In this document: positions 1 to 9,514 of the stretch, piece after piece
Layout of the letters: each line of letters begins with the position of its first letter
Position numbering within the stretch: position 1 is the first letter of the stretch
DNA from: Elusimicrobiota bacterium
GTDB taxonomy: Bacteria; Elusimicrobiota; Elusimicrobia; Elusimicrobiales; UBA9959
Assembly (NCBI GenBank): GCA_018829985.1
Contig: JAHJSU010000052.1
Coordinates: 1-56,142 of the forward strand
Reading direction: 5' to 3'
Length of the DNA stretch: 56,142 nucleotides
Program-made: the position numbers and the translations under genes
Notes under the pieces: model-generated
Database searches by the model: none
The model's input: the letters and a program-made list of their open reading frames with translations, nothing else
What the model was told of the DNA's origin: nothing

Positions 1-6
1 AATAAT

Positions 7-150
7 ATGGCCGAACAATGCGCCTGCGGCGGTAAAGCGATGCTGGTATTCCCCTGCTCGGGGGCGGCGGACGTGGGAGAACTGTCCGACAGGGCGGCGC
101 GGATGCTCTCAAAAGAGACCTGCGTTAAAATGAGCTGCCTGCGTGACTGA
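7..150 (+). pseudogene. DGC-domain (Cys-rich, putative metal-binding) protein, N-terminal 47-codon stub
   Basis: ATG at 7, TGA at 148-150 (below the ORF-track cutoff). MAEQCACGGKAMLVFPCSGAADVGELSDRAARMLSKETCVKMSCLRD resembles the N-terminus of DGC-domain proteins that accompany ars operons. It stops right after the MSCL motif, whereas family members as I recall them are 2-3 times longer. It could also be a genuine mini-protein. Confidence 0.35.
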
Positions 151-176
151 GCGCAATATAAAAAAGGTATTCAAAC

Positions 177-761
177 ATGCAAAAGAACTTATCTGAAAAT
201 TCCGCACTTAAAGGTCCGGGCAAAGCGTTAAAATTCGCGCTTATGGGCTTTGTTGCCTTAAGCATCGGTGCTGTTGTGTATAAAATGGCCGCAGCTCCTG
301 ATAAAACCGCTGCGGCTCCTGCTGAAGCGGTTGCTGCCGTAGAGGAACCGGCCAAACCTCCGGTAAAGCCCGGGCCAAAAGTTCCGGCGACCCCCAAAGA
401 ACCGGTTAAGTCCGCGGCTGAAGCCAAAACAGCCTTGGTATATTATTTCCACACCAACACGCGCTGTTCTTCCTGTAAGGCGATAGAGGCCTATACGCGC
501 GAAGCGGTGGAGAAAAACTTCACTTCCGATTATAAAGGGTGGAAAGTGATTTTCAAAGGCGTAAACGTCGATGAAGGGGCTAACGCGCATTTTGTGCAGG
601 ATTACCGGCTTAATTCCAAGTCCGTTGTGGTCCAGAAGTTCTCCGGCGATAAAGCCCTTAAATGGGTAAAACTGGAAAAAGTATGGCAATTGCTCGGCGA
701 TAAAAAAGGGTTTATGAATTATGTCGCGGATGAAACACATAAATTGCTGGACGCGAAATGA
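177..761 (+). CDS. membrane-anchored thioredoxin-like CxxC protein (ArsF-like partner of the downstream permease)
   Basis: 194-aa ORF with an N-terminal TM helix (FALMGFVALSIGAVVY), an Ala/Pro-rich linker, then a YYFHTNTRCSSCKAIE CxxC motif. The stop overlaps the next start (ATGA at 758-761). The ArsF-like label is from memory of NCBI family naming. Confidence 0.6.
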   Translation: MQKNLSENSALKGPGKALKFALMGFVALSIGAVVYKMAAAPDKTAAAPAEAVAAVEEPAKPPVKPGPKVPATPKEPVKSAAEAKTALVYYFHTNTRCSSCKAIEAYTREAVEKNFTSDYKGWKVIFKGVNVDEGANAHFVQDYRLNSKSVVVQKFSGDKALKWVKLEKVWQLLGDKKGFMNYVADETHKLLDAK

Positions 762-1450
762 ACGCTGAATTCTGGGCGGCAGTTCTGACGGCCTTGTGGA
801 CAGGGGTTATCACCTCGGTAAGCCCCTGCCCGCTGGCCACCAATATAGCCGCGCTTACCTATATCTCAAAGCATTCAGGTTCTCATCGCCTGGCGGTGCT
901 GGCGCACGGCGGGCTTTACGCCCTGGGCCGGGCGCTGGCCTATATTATCATCGGCTTCCTGCTGGTAAAAAGCCTGCTTAGCGCGCCGTCATTTTCGTTC
1001 TTTATGCAGAAATACGGCAACCAGGCCCTGTCGCCCATACTGGTTCTCGCCGGCATGTATATGCTGGATATGTTCGGCCGGGGTTTTATGGGTTTTAATG
1101 TGTTTGATCTGTCGAAGTTCAAGGTCAAAGGGGGGGCCGCTCCCTCCCTGTTCATGGGCTTCATCTTTGCGCTGGCCTTCTGCCCCATCTCCGCCGCGCT
1201 TTATTTCGGCGTAATAATCCCGCTGGCTGCAAGAAACTCTGCGCCATTCTCCCTGCCTCTGCTTTACGGCATTGGCACAGCCCTGCCGGTTATCGGCCTG
1301 GCAATAATTCTGGACTTTGGGCTTAAGAAAGTTTCCGCCGTAACCGGACTGGCCGCAAAGTTTGAAAGATTCGCAAGACCAGTCACCGCATGGGTGTTCA
1401 TCGCTTGCGGCGTGTATCTGGGGCTTAAAGATATTTTCGGAATTATTTAG
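758..1450 (+). CDS. CcdA/DsbD-type integral membrane protein, ArsG-like putative organoarsenical permease
   Basis: 230 aa, about six hydrophobic segments, with an SPCPLATNIAAL motif in the first helix typical of the CcdA/DsbD family. Translationally coupled to the upstream CxxC protein and located in the ars cluster. Confidence 0.65.
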   Translation: MNAEFWAAVLTALWTGVITSVSPCPLATNIAALTYISKHSGSHRLAVLAHGGLYALGRALAYIIIGFLLVKSLLSAPSFSFFMQKYGNQALSPILVLAGMYMLDMFGRGFMGFNVFDLSKFKVKGGAAPSLFMGFIFALAFCPISAALYFGVIIPLAARNSAPFSLPLLYGIGTALPVIGLAIILDFGLKKVSAVTGLAAKFERFARPVTAWVFIACGVYLGLKDIFGII

Positions 1451-1458
1451 GAGGGTAA

Positions 1459-1944
1459 ATGAAAAAGATACTTTTTCTCTGTACCGGGAATTCCTGCCGC
1501 AGCCAGATGGCTGAGGGCTGGGCTAAGGCATTATTGGCCGGGAAAGTGGAGGCGTTCTCCGCGGGCACGAGGCCCGGAAGGGAAGTGGACCCCCGCGCGG
1601 TGAAGGCTATGGCGGAGGCCGGGTTGGATATTTCCGGCCAGCGGCCGAAGAGCCTGGAGATCTTCAAGGACAAAGATTTCGACCTGGTGGTGACGCTCTG
1701 CGACAAGGCTATGCCAGTGCCGCACAAGGGCTATGCCCATCAGGCGGCCAACGCGCACACGGCATGTCCCGCTTATTGGGGAAAAGGCCGGAAAATGCAC
1801 AACGGCTTTGACGACCCTGCGACAGTAGCGGGAAAAGGCCCCTCTGAAGAAGAGGCTATGCCGCACTACCGCCGGGTGCGCGATGAGATAAAAGAGTTTG
1901 TACTGCGGCTGCCTGAAATACTGGAACAAGGAGAATTAAAATGA
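1459..1944 (+). CDS. arsC: arsenate reductase, LMW-PTPase/thioredoxin-coupled type, with an atypical 15-aa insert between the second and third Cys
   Basis: AGGAGGG SD upstream. [19 protein letters not shown]5R P-loop, VVTLC...ACP, GFDDPA and RRVRDEI motifs align to Staphylococcus/Bacillus ArsC from memory. Confidence 0.9.
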   Translation: MKKILFLCTGNSCRSQMAEGWAKALLAGKVEAFSAGTRPGREVDPRAVKAMAEAGLDISGQRPKSLEIFKDKDFDLVVTLCDKAMPVPHKGYAHQAANAHTACPAYWGKGRKMHNGFDDPATVAGKGPSEEEAMPHYRRVRDEIKEFVLRLPEILEQGELK

Positions 1945-2993
1945 GCGGTATAAGCGAAAAACTTTCATTCCTGGACCGTTACCTTACATTGTGGATCTTC
2001 CTGGCTATGGGGGCCGGGGTGGCCGCCGGCTGGCTCTGGCCCTCGGCTGTCGCGGACTTCAACGCGGCGTCCAGCGTGGGGACCACTTCCATCCCCATAG
2101 CCATAGGCCTTATACTTATGATGTATCCGCCGCTGGCCAAGGTTAAATATGAGGAGATGCACAGGGTTTTCGCCAATAAGAAGGTGCTGCTGCTTTCGCT
2201 GGCGCAGAACTGGCTGGTGGGGCCCGTCCTGATGACGGCGCTGGCCGTAATCTTCCTCAGGGACAAGCCGGAGTACATGGTGGGGCTTATCTTGATAGGC
2301 CTCGCCCGCTGCATAGCCATGGTGATAGTCTGGAACGACCTGGCCCGCGGCGACAGGGAATATTGCGCGGGGCTGGTAGCCTTTAACTCGGTGTTCCAGG
2401 TGCTGTTCTTCTCCGTTTACGCTTATTTCTTCGTCACGCTGGCGCCGCGCTGGCTGGGGCTGGAGGGCGCCGTGGTTAACATAACCATGGGGGAAATAGC
2501 AAAAAGCGTTTTCATATATCTTGGTATTCCTTTTATAGCCGGCATCCTGACCAGGTTTACGCTTATCCGGGCCAGGGGCAGGGAGTGGTACAGCGCAAAG
2601 TTTATACCGGTTATAAGCCCGCTTACCCTGGTGGCGCTGCTTTTTACGATAGTGGTGATGTTTTCTATAAAAGGGGAAAACATAGTGCAGGTGCCTTTTG
2701 ACGTGGTGCGGGTAGCCATACCCCTGCTGATCTACTTCACGCTGATGTTCTTTGCTTCTTTCTACATGAGCAAAAAGGCGGGCGCCTCCTACGAGGAATC
2801 CGCCACGCTGTCTTTTACCGCCGCCTCCAATAACTTCGAGCTGGCCATAGCGGTTGCGATAGCCACCTTCGGCATCGGCCATGGGGCCGCTTTCGCGGCG
2901 GTAATAGGGCCTTTGGTGGAGGTGCCTGTGCTGATAGCGCTGGTGAACGTGTCCCTATGGATAGGCCGGCGGTGGTTTGCCAAACCCGCCTGA
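1941..2993 (+). CDS. acr3: arsenite efflux transporter, ACR3 family
   Basis: 350 aa, polytopic. Start overlaps the arsC stop (ATGA). The N-terminus [20 protein letters not shown] and overall pattern are typical of Acr3. Confidence 0.9.
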   Translation: MSGISEKLSFLDRYLTLWIFLAMGAGVAAGWLWPSAVADFNAASSVGTTSIPIAIGLILMMYPPLAKVKYEEMHRVFANKKVLLLSLAQNWLVGPVLMTALAVIFLRDKPEYMVGLILIGLARCIAMVIVWNDLARGDREYCAGLVAFNSVFQVLFFSVYAYFFVTLAPRWLGLEGAVVNITMGEIAKSVFIYLGIPFIAGILTRFTLIRARGREWYSAKFIPVISPLTLVALLFTIVVMFSIKGENIVQVPFDVVRVAIPLLIYFTLMFFASFYMSKKAGASYEESATLSFTAASNNFELAIAVAIATFGIGHGAAFAAVIGPLVEVPVLIALVNVSLWIGRRWFAKPA

Positions 2994-3080
2994 GGAACCG
3001 CGCCGGCGTCCGGGGAGCGGACATTCGGGAGCTCTTAAATAGACTGGAATTAGCGTTCACACTTTTATAAAATAACTTTT

Positions 3081-3515
3081 ATGAAGCAGCCGCCCTTGAA
3101 CAAAATATTGATAGTGGACGATGAGGAAAACATTCGTTTTATCCTTAAAGAAGCGTTTGCGGGGGAATATGCCGTTTTTACCGCTTCCGAGGGGCTGAGC
3201 GCCGTTGAGATAATAAAAGAAGAACGCCCCGCCATGGTGTTTTTGGACATAAATATGCCGGGGCTGGACGGCGTGGCGGTCTTGAAACTGATAAAAGGGA
3301 CGGGGCAGTCTCCCGTCATATGGATGCTTACCGGCGTTGAGGACCTTGAAACGGTGCTTCAGACGCTTAATATGGGCGCTTCCGGCTATATTACCAAGCC
3401 TTTTGACGTGGGAAAAATAAGAGAGATAGTTTCAAGCACGATGACGGCGTCCGAGCGCAAAGAGCGGCGCAACCCCAATGACAAGCCGTGGCAAATTAAA
3501 AAAAGCAAAAAATAA
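3081..3515 (+). CDS. single-domain response regulator (CheY-like receiver)
   Basis: ILIVDDEENIRFIL, FLDINMPGLDG and TKPF receiver motifs. No output domain. Confidence 0.85.
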   Translation: MKQPPLNKILIVDDEENIRFILKEAFAGEYAVFTASEGLSAVEIIKEERPAMVFLDINMPGLDGVAVLKLIKGTGQSPVIWMLTGVEDLETVLQTLNMGASGYITKPFDVGKIREIVSSTMTASERKERRNPNDKPWQIKKSKK

Positions 3516-3550
3516 CGGTTAAAAACAGAGCCGTGTTTAAAGCTTCGGCG

Positions 3551-4444
3551 TCAGACCGCGCCGCTGTTATCCCATAGCTTTATGGTCTTGTCGCTTGAAG
3601 CGGAGGCGATCATTTTGCCGTCGGGCGAGACGGCCACGGAGCATATCTCGTTCGAATGGCCTTCAAAAGTTTCCACCGCCAGACCGCTTTCCATGTTCCA
3701 TTTCTTTATGGCCGAGCCGCCCGTAAACAGGTGTTTGCCGTCGGGCTCAAAGACCGCGCAGTTGAGCCGGTCCGGGTCTTTTAAGGCGCCTTCGAGCGCT
3801 ATTTCGCCCGCGCTTATATTCCAGAGCTCCAGCTTCTTTTCCATGCCGAGCGCGGCGGCCAGCCGCCTGCCGTCCGGCGAAAAGGCAAGGGCGCTGACGC
3901 CGTAGATATAATCGCTGTTGGCCTTTAAAAGAGTGCCGTCCCTAAAATCCAGGAATTTAAGCTCCGTGCCGCCCGCCGCGATCATGGCGCCGTTAGGGGA
4001 CAGGGCCAGCGCTTTCACGTCGCCCATAACGGGTTTCAGCGCGGTCAGGAGCAAGCCGGTTTTGTCGTTCCAGAGCTTGATGGTCTGGTCGTCCGCGGCC
4101 GAGACGAAAATGACGCCGTCGCCGGAGACCGCAACGCGGTTGACGCAGGAATCGTGAGCGTCCAGCACGCGCCGGTTCGAGCAGTCGGCTACGGTCCAGA
4201 TCTTTACGGTCTTATCCCAGCCGGCGGAAACCAGGGAGTTCCCGTCAGGGAAGAACGCGACGCAGTTCACATTCCCGTCGTGCGCCTGTATGGCCTTTGC
4301 GTTTAGTCCGTCCGGCATCTCCCAGAGCTTTATCGTATTGTCCGCGCTGCCGGACGCGAGGAATTTGCCGCACGGCGAAAAAGCGAGCGTAAGCACGCCG
4401 TCGGAATGTCCTTCGAGCGTTTTTATGAGTTTGTTCGCGTTCAT
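3551..4444 (-). CDS. WD40-repeat protein
   Basis: Seven-ish repeats ending in IKLWE / VKIWT / IKLWN / IKLWD, with GH dipeptides. The track ORF begins at GTG 4465, but ATG 4444 has AGGAG 9 nt upstream, so 4444 is preferred. Confidence 0.85.
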   Translation of the reverse strand: MNANKLIKTLEGHSDGVLTLAFSPCGKFLASGSADNTIKLWEMPDGLNAKAIQAHDGNVNCVAFFPDGNSLVSAGWDKTVKIWTVADCSNRRVLDAHDSCVNRVAVSGDGVIFVSAADDQTIKLWNDKTGLLLTALKPVMGDVKALALSPNGAMIAAGGTELKFLDFRDGTLLKANSDYIYGVSALAFSPDGRRLAAALGMEKKLELWNISAGEIALEGALKDPDRLNCAVFEPDGKHLFTGGSAIKKWNMESGLAVETFEGHSNEICSVAVSPDGKMIASASSDKTIKLWDNSGAV

Positions 4445-4834
4445 GATGCCCGACTCCTGAACCACGTTGGGTTCAGGACCATAAACCCCAGGTGGTTTAT
4501 GGCCCCGTGATAGTGGAATTTAATACCTCACTAATCTATATAATTTTACGGGAGTATGCAATATAAAGAAAACGGCCTCACGTGCCGGAGGCGGTCCGCC
4601 CGCAGAGCCCGGTCGCGCATTGCGCCGGGGCCGCAACCCACTGACGCGGGGAATCCACCGCGCCCTTTTTGATACCCTTTGGTCCCATTTCGGCCTGGGC
4701 CTATTGAATGCCGAAAACAGGGCCTAAGGTTATGGCGTTGTTAAGGTCTGTGTGGTATAACATAATGATTATGAGAAGAGAGCGGCGCGGAATTAAAACC
4801 AGGTGATTTCAGGGCTTATAGAAGGGGAAACTAT

Positions 4835-5779
4835 ATGAAGACCAGGAAAGCGATACTGCCGATAGCGGCGATGGTGGCGGCCTCATGCTGCGTTTTATTT
4901 GCCGGGGAACTTGAGCAGAAAGCGTTTGACGCTTCCGATTTCGGGCTGACGAATATGACTGCTGACATAGCCGTTCCGGTCCCGCAGCCGGAAAGCGCCG
5001 GCGGACAGCAGGATGAAACAGACCGGTTCTTTAAGTACTTCGATGATATGTTCGCCGCCCCCATAGCCAGCCCCCTCGGGCTGGCCGGGAATAAATCCGT
5101 CGCGGATGTCTCCGAATCGCGCCTCGGCGCGGTCGTATATTCCGTCAAACTTGAGCCCATAAGGAACGCTTTCCTTTATTCCGGCATGACTTTCAAGACT
5201 TCCAGGGGCGCCGCGGTGCATTTAAGCGGACATAAGGCCTCAAACTGCCCGGATGGCGGCAATTCCTGCAGCGAGAAAGACAAATTCTTCATGGTCCTGA
5301 CCACTCAGCGGGGCGAGAGTTACTTCATCAGGGGGATGGAAATAGTAAATTACGGGATTTTCATGCGCGGTTCGAAAACCGTTGTGATAGACGGTGAAAA
5401 ATTTACGGCCAAGGTCTATGCCTCACTTCGCGATCCCGCGAGCAGCAAGATAGAGATAACCTGCGGCGGCAGGAAAGCGCTGGTCGTCACGGCCCAGCAG
5501 TTAGGCGAAGCCATAGCAGAAAAAGGCGTGGATGTGAAACTTGAGCGGGGTTATAAACTGGCTTACGGCAATGAGCTGGTGCAGGGCAAAGGGTTCGCCA
5601 AATTCACCGATAAAAAGCTGGTGCTGCTGATGCCCTTCCCCTTGGCGGAAGGCGCCGTTTCCTACTTCCTGCTGGACTCCGCCGAGATCAAGCCTTCCGG
5701 CGTCAGCTACCCGGAGATGGACGCCCGTTACGGATTCCGGATAATAAACGGCACGCTTGAGATATTCGAACTTAAATAA
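4835..5779 (+). CDS. secreted hypothetical protein
   Basis: 314-aa ORF, SD GAAGGGGA, signal-peptide-like MKTRKAILPIAAMVAASCCVLFAG. No motif I recognise. Confidence 0.6.
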   Translation: MKTRKAILPIAAMVAASCCVLFAGELEQKAFDASDFGLTNMTADIAVPVPQPESAGGQQDETDRFFKYFDDMFAAPIASPLGLAGNKSVADVSESRLGAVVYSVKLEPIRNAFLYSGMTFKTSRGAAVHLSGHKASNCPDGGNSCSEKDKFFMVLTTQRGESYFIRGMEIVNYGIFMRGSKTVVIDGEKFTAKVYASLRDPASSKIEITCGGRKALVVTAQQLGEAIAEKGVDVKLERGYKLAYGNELVQGKGFAKFTDKKLVLLMPFPLAEGAVSYFLLDSAEIKPSGVSYPEMDARYGFRIINGTLEIFELK

Positions 5780-5835
5780 GTCCTGGTCAACCCGTCCGCC
5801 TCAGGCGGACAACTCATAACTCAAAACTGCATAAC

Positions 5836-6780
5836 CTATATTTTTATCTTCCTGCCCCGGAGCATGTGGGCGGCCAGTATGGCCTTCTGCACGTGCATGC
5901 GGTTCTCGGCTTCATCAAAGATTATGGAGTGCGGTCCGTCAATAACTTCCTCCGCCACCTCTTCGCCCCTGTGGGCCGGCAGGCAGTGCATGAAGAGATA
6001 ATCCTTGTCGGCGTGTTTCATCAGTCCGCCGTTTATCTGGAACCCCTTGAAATCGCGGAACTTCTTTTCCTTTTCCGCGTCCTGGCCCATGCTTGCCCAT
6101 ACGTCCGTGTAGATGACGTCGGCGCCTTTTACGGCTTCAACCGGGTCGTTGGTCAGGAGCATCTGAGTGCCTTCCTTCTTTGCCAGCTCAGCGCCGAATT
6201 TGAGCATTTCCTTGTCCGGCTCATAGCCGGGAGGGACGGCCATCCGCAGGTTCATGCCTGTGAGCGGCGCGCCTTCCATCCAGGAGTGGAGGACATTGTT
6301 GCCGTCCCCGACCCAGGCCACGGTCAGGCCTTTTACGCTTTTCCGGCGCTCCAGAACGGTGTAGATGTCCGCCATTATCTGGCAGGGGTGATGGGAATCG
6401 GTAAGGCCGTTGATGACGGGGATGGAGGCGTATTTCGCGAGCTCTTCCACTTCGTTGTGGGCGTAGGTCCTTATCATTACGGCGTCCACCATGCGGGAAA
6501 GGACCCGGGCCGTGTCGGCTATGGTCTCGCCTCTTTTAAGCTGGAGGTCGTTGGCGCTTAAAAACAGCGGGTAGCCGCCCAGTTGATACATCCCCACTTC
6601 AAAGGAGACCCGTGTTCTGGTGGAGGATTTCTGGAATATCATTCCCAGCGTTTTCCCTTCCAGCGGACGGACGGGAGCGCCCTTTTTCTGCCGGGCCTTT
6701 ATCCTGCCCGTCAGGCCGAATATCTCCTTTATCTCTTCTTTAGTGTAATCCGCCACTCTTAAAAAATCTTTTTTATTCAT
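5836..6780 (-). CDS. argF: ornithine carbamoyltransferase
   Basis: STRTRVSFE carbamoyl-phosphate motif, DSHHPCQ, and FMHCLPAHRGEE. Confidence 0.93.
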   Translation of the reverse strand: MNKKDFLRVADYTKEEIKEIFGLTGRIKARQKKGAPVRPLEGKTLGMIFQKSSTRTRVSFEVGMYQLGGYPLFLSANDLQLKRGETIADTARVLSRMVDAVMIRTYAHNEVEELAKYASIPVINGLTDSHHPCQIMADIYTVLERRKSVKGLTVAWVGDGNNVLHSWMEGAPLTGMNLRMAVPPGYEPDKEMLKFGAELAKKEGTQMLLTNDPVEAVKGADVIYTDVWASMGQDAEKEKKFRDFKGFQINGGLMKHADKDYLFMHCLPAHRGEEVAEEVIDGPHSIIFDEAENRMHVQKAILAAHMLRGRKIKI

Positions 6781-6885
6781 AAGCCGCCTCGCAAGTTTAA
6801 TTGCCGACCGTTCGTATATAAAAATTATATAATAATCCCGTGCGCTTCGTCATAAACGGAAACGAAAAAACGCGCGGAAATAAGA

Positions 6886-7047
6886 GATATCGGTGGATAT
6901 TGGTAACTACTCAGGTTCACAGTTCAGGGGTTCAACGGTTCAGAGGTTGAAAAACGTCTATGCAAAGGATAACCGTGAACCCTGAACCGTGAACCTCCGA
7001 CAACCTGAGTAGTTACGGATATTGGTGGATATTAGATATTGGCGGAT
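6886..7047. repeat. composite element: GGTGGATATT direct word repeats flanking a GTAACTACTCAGG / CCTGAGTAGTTAC-bounded hairpin (core 6903-7016) with GGTTCARGG arms
   Basis: Read directly. The 13-nt inverted termini are at 6903 and 7004-7016, and the arms are ttcacagttcaggggttcaacggttcagagg / accgtgaaccctgaaccgtgaacctcc. Lies in the argF-cysE divergent spacer. Confidence 0.85.
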
Positions 7048-7067
7048 GAGGAACAAGGATCCTTCTC

Positions 7068-7691
7068 ATGAACATCATTGAAGACATAAAAACGGTGTTT
7101 GCCAAAGACCCGGCCGCGAGGGGGATTATTGAGGTGTTATTCTGCTATCCCGGCCTGCACGCGGTGTGGCTGCACAGGCTGGCGCACGGGCTTTGGAAGC
7201 TCGGCCTTCGCCTGCCCGCCAGGCTCTTGTCCCAGCTCGGCCGCGCCATGACCGGCATAGAGATACACCCGGGCGTCACGATAGGCAGAAGGTTCTTTAT
7301 AGACCACGGCATGGGCGTGGTAATAGGCGAGACCGCTGAAATAGGCGACGATGTGCTTATGTACCAGGGCGTAGTGCTGGGCGGCACCAGCCTTGAGAAA
7401 AAGAAAAGGCATCCCACCATAGGCTCCGGCGCGGTCATAGGGGCGGGAGCCATAGTGCTGGGCGCCATCCATATCGGCGAGCGTTCGCGCATAGGCGCCG
7501 GCTCGGTGGTCTTGAAGGATGTGCCGTGCGACACCACGGTTTTCGGCGTGCCGGCCAAGCCCGGCCACGGCGGAGCCACCGCCGCGTCCCAGCTGGACCA
7601 CGATAAGGTGGACGATTTTTACGGCGAAGAATTGAAGCTGCTTTGGAAAGAGATAGAGTGCCTGAAAAAAACGGCGGGCGGAAATAAATGA
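7068..7691 (+). CDS. cysE: serine O-acetyltransferase
   Basis: N-terminal [24 protein letters not shown] and [11 protein letters not shown], plus left-handed hexapeptide repeats. Confidence 0.9.
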   Translation: MNIIEDIKTVFAKDPAARGIIEVLFCYPGLHAVWLHRLAHGLWKLGLRLPARLLSQLGRAMTGIEIHPGVTIGRRFFIDHGMGVVIGETAEIGDDVLMYQGVVLGGTSLEKKKRHPTIGSGAVIGAGAIVLGAIHIGERSRIGAGSVVLKDVPCDTTVFGVPAKPGHGGATAASQLDHDKVDDFYGEELKLLWKEIECLKKTAGGNK

Positions 7692-7852
7692 AATTCGCGC
7701 GCGACATCACGGAACTGATAGGCAATACTCCGCTGGTCAGAATCAACAGGGTGGCCGCAAGCCGGGCCCTTGTGCCGGCCAAAAAAGCCTATGGCCTAAA
7801 GCATACGGCGTATGGCAATTTTATGATTATCATTCCGGTGAATTTTCTATGA
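7688..7852 (+). pseudogene. cysK: cysteine synthase (CysK/CysM) N-terminal remnant, 54 codons
   Basis: ATG overlaps the cysE stop (ATGA). [22 protein letters not shown] matches the conserved CysK N-terminus (IGNTPLVRLNR). The sequence then diverges before the PLP-lysine region and terminates in an ATGA overlap with anmK. Confidence 0.5.
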
Positions 7853-8982
7853 AAAGGAACAAAATAATAAAAATTATAGGCCTGATGTCCGGCACTTCGG
7901 CGGACGGGTTGTCCCTCGCGCTTTGCGCGCTTCGCCCGGCGGAGCGCAGGCTGGCGGTCCTCGCCCATAAAACCTATCCCTACGGCGCGGGACTGCAAAA
8001 ACGCATCATAGGCGCCAAAAACATGCGCGCGCCGGAGCTTTCGGCGCTTGATTTTGAATTAGGCGGGCTCTGGGCGGATATGGTAAGGCGGTTTTGCCGG
8101 GAATATAAAATCGCGTATAAGAGCGTGGCCGTTATCGGCTCGCACGGCCAGACCGTTTGCCATAGACCGGGAAAAAACGGGCATACGCTCCAGCTAGGCG
8201 AAGCCGCGTTCATAGCGGAGGAAACGGGCAGGCCCGTTGTAACCGATTTCAGGCCTTCCGACATGGCCGCCGGCGGGCAGGGCGCCCCGCTTATACCTTT
8301 TATGGACGAATATCTTTTCGGCGGGGGGAAGCCGATAGCTCTTCAAAACATAGGCGGCGTGGGTAATATCGCTTTTGTGGGCCGGGGGGGTCTGACCTTT
8401 GGTTTTGACACGGGCCCGGGGAATTCCCTGATGGACACGGCCGCGGGCATGTTCTCGGACGGAAAAAAAGCTTTTGACGCGGATGGCCGCTGGGCCGCCG
8501 CCGGTAAAATAGATTATGCCGGGGTTATAGAGCTCCTTAAACATCCTTTCTTCGCTTTAAAGCCGCCCAAATCGCTGGACCGCTCGGAATTCTCGGGCCC
8601 TTTTCTTAAAAAGCATTTCGGGAACCGGTTCAATACGAATAATAAATATGATATCCTGGCCACGCTTAATTATTTCACCGCCGTAAGCGTCGCTCTTGCT
8701 TTCCAGAGGTTCGCCCCGGTCCGGACAACGGAGCTTATAGTGAGCGGCGGGGGGGCTTTGAACCCGGTCCTGATGCGCAATATCGCCGGCGTTCTTGAGG
8801 GAGCGCGCGTAAGGAGCATCGCCGAACTGGGCATCCATCCCCTGGCCAAGGAACCCGCCTGCTTCGCCCTGCTTGCCTGGCTTGCCGTGAACGGAAAAAC
8901 CAACAACTGTCCTTCCGCCACCGGCGCCCGCGGCCCCCGCGTTCTGGGAAAAATAATTTCAGCCGCCCCGCCGGAAGATTAA
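7849..8982 (+). CDS. anmK: anhydro-N-acetylmuramic acid kinase
   Basis: GLMSGTSADGL N-terminal motif and a 377-aa length typical of AnmK. Confidence 0.88.
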   Translation: MKRNKIIKIIGLMSGTSADGLSLALCALRPAERRLAVLAHKTYPYGAGLQKRIIGAKNMRAPELSALDFELGGLWADMVRRFCREYKIAYKSVAVIGSHGQTVCHRPGKNGHTLQLGEAAFIAEETGRPVVTDFRPSDMAAGGQGAPLIPFMDEYLFGGGKPIALQNIGGVGNIAFVGRGGLTFGFDTGPGNSLMDTAAGMFSDGKKAFDADGRWAAAGKIDYAGVIELLKHPFFALKPPKSLDRSEFSGPFLKKHFGNRFNTNNKYDILATLNYFTAVSVALAFQRFAPVRTTELIVSGGGALNPVLMRNIAGVLEGARVRSIAELGIHPLAKEPACFALLAWLAVNGKTNNCPSATGARGPRVLGKIISAAPPED

Positions 8983-9127
8983 CCCGGAAAGCGCTATTAC
9001 CATTTGTAGCCGGTTATATAATTGGCCGGGGCTGTAGGCGGGTTCACTTTGCGGGGGCCGGGTCGTCCAGCGCGGCCGCCCTTATTCGATACTAACCCAC
9101 TTGGCCTGCCTGCTGAATTTCCAGTGT

Positions 9128-9215
9128 TTCCCGCCAAACAGTCCGGCGGGTCCGCCGAGCAGTGTGGCGGAAAACAGCCGGCGGGGAAACGGGCAAGCGG
9201 GTCCGCCTTCGTCGG
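9128..9215. repeat. short array of CCCGCC-N9-GGCGGG / TCCGCC-N9-GGCGGA mini-hairpins
   Basis: cccgccaaacagtccggcgggtccgccgagcagtgtggcggaaaacagccggcgggg is nearly identical over ~55 nt (2-3 differences by eye) to 20246-20300. Confidence 0.8.
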
Positions 9216-9514
9216 AAAGCCGGCCCCTAAAACGTTGTTATATGAATACGCCTGCGGCCCGCCGGACGAAGACTGCCAGCTGGACCCGCGGGTAGACTTA
9301 TATGAAGTCATAGAACCCGCCCCGGCTGACTGCCCCCCCTAAGAATTATCCAACGCAAGATGAGCATGAAACCCGCTTTGGCTTGAAAAGAGCGCGTATT
9401 CCGTCCATAATCTGTAGCCATGACTCCATATTATGGCGGAGGTGCGCTGTACAGCGTTGATTCCCGCCGCGGAGCCTAGGGCCTGCCGCCGGCCTATGGC
9501 GCTGTCGGCGGCCA

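Noticed and set aside
1965-2882. 305-aa minus-strand ORF inside acr3
   Set aside because: It is antisense to a well-supported ACR3 gene, and its translation is His/Arg/Gly-rich nonsense.
3551-4465. GTG start at 4465 for the WD40 gene
   Set aside because: ATG at 4444 is preceded by AGGAG at the right distance. The GTG has no SD.
8997-9342. ORFs of 64-106 codons in the anmK/atpG convergent spacer
   Set aside because: They are overlapping ORFs on both strands across the CCGCC mini-hairpin array, with low-complexity Pro/Gly/Ala/Arg translations.
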